Assembly (NCBI GenBank): GCA_021827945.1
Contig: JAKATW010000076.1
Location: 7,395 to 71,394 of the forward strand
Length of the DNA stretch: 64,000 nt
Source of the DNA: Thermoplasmata archaeon
GTDB lineage: Archaea > Thermoplasmatota > Thermoplasmata > Thermoplasmatales > GCA-001856825
Direction of reading: 5' to 3'
A model generated the notes under the pieces. The model saw only the letters and a list, made by a program, of their open reading frames with translations. It ran no database searches and had not been told where the DNA came from. A program made the position numbers and the translations under genes. Of this stretch, positions 9,232 through 16,825 are shown in pieces. Position 1 is the first letter of the stretch; each line of letters begins with the position of its first letter.

Positions 9232-10047
9232 TTACACCTCTTTTTCAAGTAATTTAACTGAGTCTGCTTTAACGGTCAGCGGAATCGGAACGATTGCGTT
9301 CTGAAGCTCAAGTGTTATTTCATCCTTCTGAGTGTCTACGTGAGTGATTCTTGCCTTCTCTCCCTTGAACGGTCCCTCTGTCACCTCAACGAAGTTACCC
9401 ACTCCTAGAGATTCAACCGCAGGTTTCGAGACTAAGTAATTCTCTATTTCAGGTAGCTGGACTTCCCCTGCTATCATGTTCCTCGCCCCTCTTACGGTTC
9501 TGAGAAGCCCCATAGTCCTGTCCGGATAGAGTGTCTCTATGAAGATGTAACCCTTTACCTCTGGAGGAACGAGAATAGAAAACACATAGTCTTGGTTTTC
9601 AATCTTCGCTTTCATTCCAATGTCCCTCGCTATTTTCACTTCCTGTCCGATAGTTGTCTTGACCACTATGATCGTCTGTTTTACCCTTATTGTGAAAAGA
9701 TTGCTCGGAACTCCTTCAGACCTTAGAACAACCGTGGCAAAATCGCCAATCTCGCCACCCTTGGGAGTCTCAACTGAGAGAGGATGAACGACAGACGATT
9801 TAGGTTTCAACTTGAACTGAACCTTCAGAACATCCTGATTCTTTGGGGATATAGCGACCTGCTTTCCCTTTCTTTGCTCCTCAATCAGGAACCATTCAAT
9901 CTCTTCCTTCATCTCGTGAATGTCCAGGGTCAGCTCAAGAAATCCTTCTTTCTCGACTGATTCGTCATTCTCGACCGTCAGATTGAAAAGAACTTTCTTG
10001 TTAGTCCCTGCCTCAGATTCTTTGCCGTCACTATTCCACTTTACCAT
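9232..10047 (-). CDS. spt5: Transcription elongation factor Spt5/NusG with a ~125-aa N-terminal extension
   Basis: The C-terminal ~145 aa form NGN+KOW ('IIVVKTTIGQE...', 'FVEVTEGPFKGEKARITHVD..ITLEL..AIVPIPLTV'). ATG 10047 lies 1 nt after the secE stop. An in-frame GTG at 9666 would give a canonical-length protein. Confidence 0.85.
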   Translation of the reverse strand: MVKWNSDGKESEAGTNKKVLFNLTVENDESVEKEGFLELTLDIHEMKEEIEWFLIEEQRKGKQVAISPKNQDVLKVQFKLKPKSSVVHPLSVETPKGGEIGDFATVVLRSEGVPSNLFTIRVKQTIIVVKTTIGQEVKIARDIGMKAKIENQDYVFSILVPPEVKGYIFIETLYPDRTMGLLRTVRGARNMIAGEVQLPEIENYLVSKPAVESLGVGNFVEVTEGPFKGEKARITHVDTQKDEITLELQNAIVPIPLTVKADSVKLLEKEV

Positions 10048-10048
10048 T

Positions 10049-10273
10049 TTATGGCACCTTGAATAGTACGTTCATCAAAAGGTAGATTATGAAGCCGAGC
10101 CCCCCTATGATTATAATTCCAATTCCTGTGATCAGAGAGGATCTTCCGAATTCATCCCTGGTTGGCTTCTTAGCCATCTTTAGTATTCTTGAATACTTCC
10201 CTCTACCGATCCTCTTGACTCTATCTGTAATAGAATCCTCTAGACCTTCAATCCTATCATCCATATCAACCAT
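10049..10273 (-). CDS. secE: Protein translocase subunit SecE (Sec61 gamma)
   Basis: 74 aa with a single C-terminal TM ('SLITGIGIIIIGGLGFIIYLLM'). It sits in the conserved position upstream of spt5. Confidence 0.85.
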   Translation of the reverse strand: MVDMDDRIEGLEDSITDRVKRIGRGKYSRILKMAKKPTRDEFGRSSLITGIGIIIIGGLGFIIYLLMNVLFKVP

Positions 10274-10285
10274 ATAGGGATACCT

Positions 10286-11290
10286 CTAAACGTACTTGTT
10301 TTTGGCTCCGACCAATATAGCTAATACCTTTATATCATTTTTCATCGTTTCGTCTATTCTTGCGCCCCAGATTATCCTCGCATTCGGGTTTATCTTCTTT
10401 TTCACTTCTTCTAGAACTGTATGTGCTTCCTCAACCGACATGTTGGAGCTTCCAGTTACGGATACTATGGCAGAAGTTGCAGTCGAAATTTCTAGGTCAA
10501 GAAGTGGAGAGCTTAGGGCCTTTTTCGCAGCCTCAAGAGCCCGATCCTGCGAACCAGACTGCCCCATACCGATCATTGCAGTCCCGCCGTCCTTCATTAC
10601 GGTTTTCAGGTCATTGAAATCGAGGTTCACCAGGCCCGGTTTAGTCACTAGCTCCGTCAGTCCCTTTATGGACTTCATAAGAGTTTCGTCCGCGAATCTG
10701 AATGCTTCATTGAGGGGTAATCTGGGAACAATCTCCAAGAGTTTATCGTTTGGAATAATGACTATCGTATCAGATTTATCCTTTAATTTTTCGAGTCCCC
10801 AGAGAGCGTTCTCCCTCCTCATTGCGCCCTCAGACTTGAAAGGTGTGGTCACAACTGAAATTACGAGTGCACCCGCATTCTTTGCAACTTCAGCAACAAC
10901 TGGCGCCGAGCCAGTTCCAGTTCCTCCCCCCATACCCGCTGTAATGAAAACTATATCTGCACCCTCCACCGCCTCATTTATGTCCATCTCTGCTTCCCTT
11001 GCAGACATCTCTCCAATTTGCGGGAGTGCACCTGCACCGAGCCCTCTAGTCGTTCTCTTCCCCAGAAGGATCTTCCTCGAAGCCTGAGTCAGGAGAAGAT
11101 GCTGTGCATCTGTGTTCGCAGCAATCACATCTGCTCCCTGAATTCCCTCCTCCATGATTCTGGTTATAGTGTTTGATCCTGATCCACCACAGCCGAAGAT
11201 CTTGATGCTTGTTTTCAAGCTCTTCAAGACTTCTATTAACTCTGCGTCTGTGTCTTGAAATGTATCATCTCCAGGCATACTAACTACCAA
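10286..11290 (-). CDS. ftsZ: Cell division GTPase FtsZ
   Basis: 334 aa. Contains 'GCGGSGSNTI', 'NTDAQHL', 'GMGGGTGTGSAPVVA', 'TTPFKSEG' and the T7 region 'NLDFNDLKTV'. It ends 'ILVGAKNKYV' right after the globular domain. Confidence 0.95.
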   Translation of the reverse strand: MVVSMPGDDTFQDTDAELIEVLKSLKTSIKIFGCGGSGSNTITRIMEEGIQGADVIAANTDAQHLLLTQASRKILLGKRTTRGLGAGALPQIGEMSAREAEMDINEAVEGADIVFITAGMGGGTGTGSAPVVAEVAKNAGALVISVVTTPFKSEGAMRRENALWGLEKLKDKSDTIVIIPNDKLLEIVPRLPLNEAFRFADETLMKSIKGLTELVTKPGLVNLDFNDLKTVMKDGGTAMIGMGQSGSQDRALEAAKKALSSPLLDLEISTATSAIVSVTGSSNMSVEEAHTVLEEVKKKINPNARIIWGARIDETMKNDIKVLAILVGAKNKYV

Positions 11291-11380
11291 TTTGACAAAT
11301 TATTTCGATATTTATATGTGATGCTGTTTTCGAATTGACGTGTTTAGAGAATACTGATTCATTGAGGGACCCTGTTTTCT

Positions 11381-12181
11381 TCACTTGTCGGCTCTTGCGT
11401 ATCCACGTGCCATGGATTTGTTTGAAAGAACGAATGACTTTTGGCCATTGAAACCCACTACTCCCAGAGCAAACTCGGAATTTCCTGCCATCGCCTTCCA
11501 CTCCTCTTCAAGCTCGTTCCTCGCACAGTACAGGTCGTACGAAAGCTGTCTCCTGATTATCTCTTCCCCTACTCCAGTCGCTGCTATTCCAAATCCATTC
11601 TTCACCAGGATACCTGACCCAGGGATCGGCGTATCTCCAACTCTCCCTCTCATCATAGGGCTGGATCCACCAGTCGAGAGTGCCGCTGCAATCTTTCCAT
11701 CATAGTTTGCTACTGCACCGACCGTATCTACAGAACCACGATATAGGAATCTTGGGTCTCTGATCGCAACCTCCTTCGCCTCTTTCAGTCTTTTCCTTGC
11801 TTTGTCAGTGGTTGGATCGTAGTAAGGATGTCCCTTCTCTCTTGCAAACTTGGTCGCCCCGTCAGAGCAAAGGATCACGTGGGGGCTGTTCTCCATTACT
11901 TCCCTAGCGACCTGCACCGGATTCTTGACAAACTCTATGTTCATAACAGATCCGAAGTTTCCTTCGACCATCACTGATGCATCCATCTGGATGCTTCCGT
12001 CCAGTCTCATTACTGAGCCAGTACCAGCATTAAAATTCAGATCATCTTCCATGTACTTCACTGCGGCAACAACTGCATCTAGGGGGTCCTCATAATTTAT
12101 AGAATACGAAGCGTACTTGTCGAGAAGGCCGCTCAACTCGTTGCTGCTTCCGACTCCGCCATGAATAATAATTTGTCTCAT
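11381..12181 (-). CDS. Isoaspartyl peptidase / plant-type L-asparaginase (Ntn hydrolase)
   Basis: 266 aa. 'DTVGAVA' is the autoprocessing Thr motif. 'GAGTGSVM'-like and 'GTGVGEEIIR' motifs are also present. Confidence 0.85.
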   Translation of the reverse strand: MRQIIIHGGVGSSNELSGLLDKYASYSINYEDPLDAVVAAVKYMEDDLNFNAGTGSVMRLDGSIQMDASVMVEGNFGSVMNIEFVKNPVQVAREVMENSPHVILCSDGATKFAREKGHPYYDPTTDKARKRLKEAKEVAIRDPRFLYRGSVDTVGAVANYDGKIAAALSTGGSSPMMRGRVGDTPIPGSGILVKNGFGIAATGVGEEIIRRQLSYDLYCARNELEEEWKAMAGNSEFALGVVGFNGQKSFVLSNKSMARGYARADK

Positions 12182-12234
12182 GGGCCGTAATGCTTTGAGG
12201 ATAAATATTTATTACGCGCGTTGTTCAATAGATA

Positions 12235-13155
12235 ATGTGGCTCAACCGTGACATAGTTTCTATTGGTGATTTCAGCGTCGAAGAGATCATGGAGATTATT
12301 GAAAGAGCGAACAAAATGGTCCCTTACGCAAGCTCAGGTCATCCCGCCAGACCACTTTCTGACAAAATTGTGGCGACTCTGTTTTACGAACCAAGCACAA
12401 GAACCAGACTGAGCTTCGAATCTGCTACAATGAGACTGGGGGGGAAAGTACTCGGGTTTGGTTCCCTGGAAGGGAGCTCAGTCGCAAAGGGAGAGACCCT
12501 CTCGGATACGATCAGAATTGTGAACAGTTATTCGGATGCCATTGTTCTTCGACATCCTTCTGAGGGAGCGGCACGGTTGGCTTCAGAATTCGCTGACGTT
12601 CCAGTGATCAATGCAGGGGATGGCGCCGGTCAACATCCCACGCAGACGATCTTAGATATATTCACGATATGGAAGGAGGTGGGACCGGTCAACGGAAAGA
12701 GTATCGGATTCGTAGGAGATCTCAAGTACGGTAGGACAGTTCACTCGCTCAGCAAAGCTCTTTCCATGTTTGACGTCTCTCTCTTCTTCATTTCGCCAGA
12801 GGAGCTGAGGATTCCAAAACATATCAAGAAGGACATAGAAAGGCGCGTTCCAGTGAAAGAAACTAAGAATCTGGATGAAGTAATCGAGGCCCTAGACGTT
12901 CTGTATGTGACAAGAATACAGAAGGAAAGGTTCCCTGATTTGGAAGAATACAAGAGGGTCGCGGGAATCTATGTCATCAAACCTTCGCTCATCTCCAGAG
13001 GAAGGAAGAACCTGATTGTTATGCACCCACTGCCACGAGTTGACGAGATACCTTCTGAGATCGATAACCTTCCCCAGGCCAAATATTTTAAACAGGCATC
13101 ATACGGAGTTCCTGTCAGGATGGCAATCCTCGATCTGATACTGAGGGGTGAATAA
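12235..13155 (+). CDS. pyrB: Aspartate carbamoyltransferase catalytic subunit
   Basis: 306 aa. Contains 'FYEPSTRTRLSFE', 'HPTQ' and 'HPLPRV'. It is immediately followed by pyrI. Confidence 0.95.
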   Translation: MWLNRDIVSIGDFSVEEIMEIIERANKMVPYASSGHPARPLSDKIVATLFYEPSTRTRLSFESATMRLGGKVLGFGSLEGSSVAKGETLSDTIRIVNSYSDAIVLRHPSEGAARLASEFADVPVINAGDGAGQHPTQTILDIFTIWKEVGPVNGKSIGFVGDLKYGRTVHSLSKALSMFDVSLFFISPEELRIPKHIKKDIERRVPVKETKNLDEVIEALDVLYVTRIQKERFPDLEEYKRVAGIYVIKPSLISRGRKNLIVMHPLPRVDEIPSEIDNLPQAKYFKQASYGVPVRMAILDLILRGE

Positions 13156-13626
13156 ATGACAGAAGAGAAGATGCTCAAGGTAGAGAAGATAAGGAGGGGG
13201 ACGGTGATAGACCACATACCGGTTGGAAGGGCATTCAAGGTTCTCAAGATATTGAAGATATCCAGCGATCCCGGAGTCACGGTGAGTGTTGCAATTCACG
13301 TCAAGAGCAAGAAAATGGGTTTGAAGGACGTGCTGAAAATAGAGGACAGGATCCTGGACTCCTCCGAGCTTAACAAGATAGCACTGATCGCTGAGGGAGC
13401 AACTATCACGATCGTTGAAGATTATGACGTGATCAAGAAGTTCGTAGTAAAACTACCCGATATCATCACTGGGATACTCAAGTGCAGCAACAGCAGGTGC
13501 GTTTCTAACGTTGAGGGGAGTATAAAACCATCTTTCACCCTTATATCAAAGAACCCACTCACGATTAAGTGCCACTACTGTGAGAGGGAAATGGAAACTG
13601 ACGAAATCATGGAGAGCATCTCGTAG
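13156..13626 (+). CDS. pyrI: Aspartate carbamoyltransferase regulatory subunit
   Basis: 156 aa. Contains 'GTVIDHIP' and a C-terminal Zn site, 'CSNSRC...CHYCE'. Confidence 0.95.
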   Translation: MTEEKMLKVEKIRRGTVIDHIPVGRAFKVLKILKISSDPGVTVSVAIHVKSKKMGLKDVLKIEDRILDSSELNKIALIAEGATITIVEDYDVIKKFVVKLPDIITGILKCSNSRCVSNVEGSIKPSFTLISKNPLTIKCHYCEREMETDEIMESIS

Positions 13627-13637
13627 AGGTCAGTCAA

Positions 13638-14297
13638 CTATTCTTCTTTGTGAATTGTGATCCTGATCTTGTCGCCATCCTTCAGGTTGAACCTTTTCCT
13701 CAGATTGTTTGGGGAAATTATCTCGAGTACCTTATCGTAGTGTGTCCTCTCAGGTAGGACTATTCCCACTTTTGTGTCAAACATTTCTGCCTTCAGGAGC
13801 TTTATAGCTCCAAACTTCCTACCGTCTTGCTCAAACGGTTCAACCTCAAGGCCCGGAATGTTATTTACTATAGGACTGAAACTTGAAAAGTCGTCTGTAA
13901 GCCGTAGGTTCATTGTTCCTGGGAACGGTTCGAATTTCAGATATTCTTTGATCTTCATGACGTAACCGTCCCTTGAAATGTAGTAAGACCCCTCACCAAG
14001 TCCTGTGAATAACGTGCCCTCTACTATTATCTCCTTTGTAGAACTCAGAATGTACTGGATGGTGTTAAGCTGACTCTTTAGTTCGTCAAAGGTTTTCTGC
14101 GTCAAAGTCACTTCCTCTCCTCGCGAAATCCTCCTCCTGACGATATAACCTTCCGTCTCGAGGTTTATCAGATATCTTGAAACTGACTGTTGAGAAATAT
14201 TGAGGTCCTTTGCAAGTTCTGCGGTGTTCAGTATCTTCTTTCCACCCTTGTGGTTAAGTGAAATGTTTTTTAGGAATTCCAACAGAACAGGTCTCAT
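13638..14297 (-). CDS. ribK: HTH domain fused to CTP-dependent archaeal riboflavin kinase
   Basis: 219 aa. The N-terminal winged-HTH reads 'NTAELAKDLNISQQSVSRYLINLETEGYI'. The C-terminal 'GTLFTGLGEGSYYI...FPGTMNLRL' is RibK-like. From memory, this fusion is known in Thermoplasma. Confidence 0.85.
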   Translation of the reverse strand: MRPVLLEFLKNISLNHKGGKKILNTAELAKDLNISQQSVSRYLINLETEGYIVRRRISRGEEVTLTQKTFDELKSQLNTIQYILSSTKEIIVEGTLFTGLGEGSYYISRDGYVMKIKEYLKFEPFPGTMNLRLTDDFSSFSPIVNNIPGLEVEPFEQDGRKFGAIKLLKAEMFDTKVGIVLPERTHYDKVLEIISPNNLRKRFNLKDGDKIRITIHKEE

Positions 14298-14626
14298 AAC
14301 TTTCTCACAGTATTTTTGGTGACCGTAGTCACCCTGATATTCCTTTCTTTCAGGCTCTTCTGAAGTACTCTGTCATTGGTAAGGACATTCCCGCCATATT
14401 TTGTTGCAGCTTCGATGATTCCCCTGTCCCCTGATGCAACGACATTCAGGATTTTGTACCTTCCGATCAGCTTCAGTGCAAGCTTTGCATTGACATCTCT
14501 TGTCGAAAGGTCCTCAAGTTCGCGAATTGCAGAAGTAGGAATTCCAATCTCTTCCTTAATGAACTTCTCTAAGTTTATTCTCTCCTTGATAGAATAGATC
14601 AGGGCATTTGTGTCCAGTATAATCAA
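14294..14626 (-). CDS. PIN-domain nuclease (Fcf1/COG1412-like)
   Basis: 110 aa. 'MIILDTNALIY', '..IRELEDL..' and 'VLTNDRVLQKSL' show the PIN acidic-residue pattern. It has 4-nt overlaps with both neighbouring genes. Confidence 0.7.
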   Translation of the reverse strand: MIILDTNALIYSIKERINLEKFIKEEIGIPTSAIRELEDLSTRDVNAKLALKLIGRYKILNVVASGDRGIIEAATKYGGNVLTNDRVLQKSLKERNIRVTTVTKNTVRKL

Positions 14627-15240
14627 GCTTTCTTCACCAAGATACCCAGAGCATAGTTCTTACGAATTCGATCAATCCTGACTGTAATCTTCTGTCCTTT
14701 CTTTCCCCCCGGAATTATGACTGTAATATCTCCCTTTATTGCGATTCCATCTCCATCTCTGTTCAGATCTGTAATCTCAAGTTCGTAATTCTTTCCTTCT
14801 TCAATCTTTTCTTCAGAGTACTTTATCTCCTTGTGGGCGTATAATGGCCTTTCAGCTCCACAGGCCTTGCACCTTATCACTTCGTTCCTGAATTCCCTGA
14901 CCATTTCAGTATCATAGTTGCCGCATTCATAGCACTGCACGTAGATCCTGAGGTATTCTTGGATTGCCTTTTCTATGTTTCTCTCTAGTGGTTTACCCTT
15001 GAATATCAGTCTTCCATCTGAGATATCTCCTGAAAGTCCGAACTGTTTGATGAGGTATTTGTATACATGAGACTCATCCCTGTTGATCACATCTACAATG
15101 TCCCTGAAATTCTTAATGATGGTCAATTTACCCTCTGTAATTATCTCAGGCTTTGGAATCTGGAATCTCTTCTTCTCTTCCCTCTTCTGAACAGAGGACT
15201 TGACCTTCTTTAAAAGTTCAGAATAATTTTGTTCATCCAC
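14623..15240 (-). CDS. eif2b: Translation initiation factor aIF2 beta subunit with a C-terminal TRAM domain
   Basis: 205 aa. The aIF2beta core carries the Zn ribbon 'CYECGNYDT...CKACG'. The last ~59 aa ('EEGKNYELEITDLNRDGDGIAIKGDITVIIPGGKKGQKITVRIDRIRKNYALGILV') match stand-alone archaeal TRAM/OB domains. Confidence 0.85.
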   Translation of the reverse strand: MDEQNYSELLKKVKSSVQKREEKKRFQIPKPEIITEGKLTIIKNFRDIVDVINRDESHVYKYLIKQFGLSGDISDGRLIFKGKPLERNIEKAIQEYLRIYVQCYECGNYDTEMVREFRNEVIRCKACGAERPLYAHKEIKYSEEKIEEGKNYELEITDLNRDGDGIAIKGDITVIIPGGKKGQKITVRIDRIRKNYALGILVKKA

Positions 15241-15505
15241 TCAAAGACATCGGAACCTGCTTAAATAATTTTTACAAGTGTGACGTTTTTAGCCATTTGA
15301 ATGACAACATTTGACATTTGGCAAACCAAGATGTACAACTTGGTCAAAAGTGTATGACAAACTACAAACCTCGTGTCGAACAAAGTGGAACAGTATCTTG
15401 TTACTTTTGTAGTGAAAATACCGTATTATACATAAAATTCATTATTTTATGAGAAAATTTATTTTAGGTAACTACTAAATTAGTTGTACGCCATGATTAG
15501 AAATG

Positions 15506-15513
15506 TTTATATA
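15506..15513 (+). promoter_or_regulatory. Candidate TATA box for the RHH/FtsZ-like operon
   Basis: TTTATATA lies about 40 nt upstream of GTG 15553. GAGGAT (15538-15543) is a possible Shine-Dalgarno (SD) sequence. Confidence 0.4.
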
Positions 15514-15552
15514 GAGATAAGTTAATGTCTATTTCAAGAGGATTGGTTCCAA

Positions 15553-15975
15553 GTGGATTCTAATAGTACCAGGAGGATTGCACTTCGTCTGACACCGCAG
15601 GAGGATGACGAGATCAATGACTTTCTCAGCACTTCGCTGAGGTTCAAATCTAAATCGGAACTAATACGAGCAGCTGTCTATGCATACACTCGACGCCCCC
15701 AAGAACAACAGACCTCGGTCGAAGACTCAGAAGTAAAACTTTCGAGAGCTACTCTAAACACTTTGGATCAGATGGTCACGAAGGGTCTCTTTAAGGACAG
15801 GTATGACGCGATAGAGTTTATCATCAGGAAGGTTAACGAAGAGCACTTCTTGCCCATGTGGCTTAACAAACTTGTCAGGGGATACCTTGACGATAGGAAC
15901 CTTTTGAATTTTGAGGATCTTCCCTTCGAAGAGAAGAGTGAAGAAAGACAGAGGGGTGAAAAAAGTGATAGATGA
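15553..15975 (+). CDS. Tandem ribbon-helix-helix (CopG/Arc/MetJ-type) DNA-binding protein
   Basis: 140 aa. Two RHH units sit in one chain: 'RRIALRLTPQEDDEINDFL...SKSELIRAAVYAY' and 'VKLSRATLNTLDQMVTKGLFKDRYDAIEFIIRKV'. The tail is acidic and contains 'FEDLPFEE'. Confidence 0.7.
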   Translation: MDSNSTRRIALRLTPQEDDEINDFLSTSLRFKSKSELIRAAVYAYTRRPQEQQTSVEDSEVKLSRATLNTLDQMVTKGLFKDRYDAIEFIIRKVNEEHFLPMWLNKLVRGYLDDRNLLNFEDLPFEEKSEERQRGEKSDR

Positions 15976-16726
15976 CAATAGATCAGGACTGATATACAAA
16001 GTGACAAGCGGTCTTAAGAGTGATAAAAAATTCCTAGAACCTTCCATAGTATGCGTTGGAATTGGTGGAGGGGGTTGCAATATAGTCTCAGAGCTCAGTA
16101 ACAAGAGAAAAGAGGTAAATCGGTACTGTCTCAACACAGATTCTCTCTCTAATGCAAAGAGAAGCGATGTGATCTCCCTTAACATCGGGGCAGATTACAT
16201 ACTTGACAACATGGATTCGGGTGGATATGTGGAGGTGGCCAAGAAGGCATTCAAGGAAGACTCAGCTCTCATAGATGTACAAGTTCTAAGAAGAGCTGAC
16301 CTAGTTCTAGTCGTGACTGCCCTAGGAGGAGGAACTGGATCAGGAGGCGTTGTCGAGATGGTGAAACTCTTGAAGATGGAGAACACACCTTTCAAGATAT
16401 ATGCAGTCAGACCCTTTGAATTCGAAGACAATAGAAAGGAAGTCGCAGATAGGACCCTTGCACAACTCAAGAAGGAAACCGATCATCTTGAGATCTACGA
16501 TAACAATGAATTCGAGTCGATAAGGGAAATAAATTCAAGGATCAAGGAGGACATGGATTCCACTATCGAGAGTCAACTCAAGCTTTACGAGACTCTATAT
16601 GGTAAGTACAGTGGCTCATTCGATAAGATAATCGAGGAGACACTCAACGAGGTTCTGAACGAACAGGTACTGACTTTGAATCTTGAAGTAGATCCACTGG
16701 AAACTGAGGTCTCTAGACCACACTAA
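15911..16726 (+). CDS. Truncated FtsZ/tubulin-like GTPase (N-terminal GTP-binding domain only)
   Basis: 271 aa, or 253 aa from the in-frame GTG at 15965, which overlaps the RHH stop by 11 nt. Contains 'GIGGGGCN', 'NTD', 'ALGGGTGSGG' and 'RPFEFED'. No T7/C-terminal domain motifs are visible. Confidence 0.75.
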   Translation: MRIFPSKRRVKKDRGVKKVIDDNRSGLIYKVTSGLKSDKKFLEPSIVCVGIGGGGCNIVSELSNKRKEVNRYCLNTDSLSNAKRSDVISLNIGADYILDNMDSGGYVEVAKKAFKEDSALIDVQVLRRADLVLVVTALGGGTGSGGVVEMVKLLKMENTPFKIYAVRPFEFEDNRKEVADRTLAQLKKETDHLEIYDNNEFESIREINSRIKEDMDSTIESQLKLYETLYGKYSGSFDKIIEETLNEVLNEQVLTLNLEVDPLETEVSRPH

Positions 16727-16731
16727 TTCTA

Positions 16732-16743
16732 TTTTTTATTTTT
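16732..16743 (+). terminator. Oligo-T archaeal terminator after the FtsZ-like gene
   Basis: T6 (16732-16737) and T5 (16739-16743) lie immediately after the stop at 16726. Confidence 0.5.
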
Positions 16744-16825
16744 CCCCACACTATTGTTTTTCATTTAACATCAGTCTATAAATCATAAGGAAAATAGATA
16801 TCAGGATTCACTATTACAATCCTGA

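Noticed and set aside
15241-15552. Possible replication origin: an AT-rich DUE-like tract plus 'AAAGTGGAACAG' and 'TTCCAAGTGGA', which are faintly ORB-like.
   Set aside because: The matches to the archaeal ORB/mini-ORB consensus are partial, and one overlaps the RHH start codon. No orc1/cdc6 gene is adjacent. The region is better explained as divergent promoters plus a regulator-binding array. Only a Z-curve or marker-frequency analysis could revive the idea.
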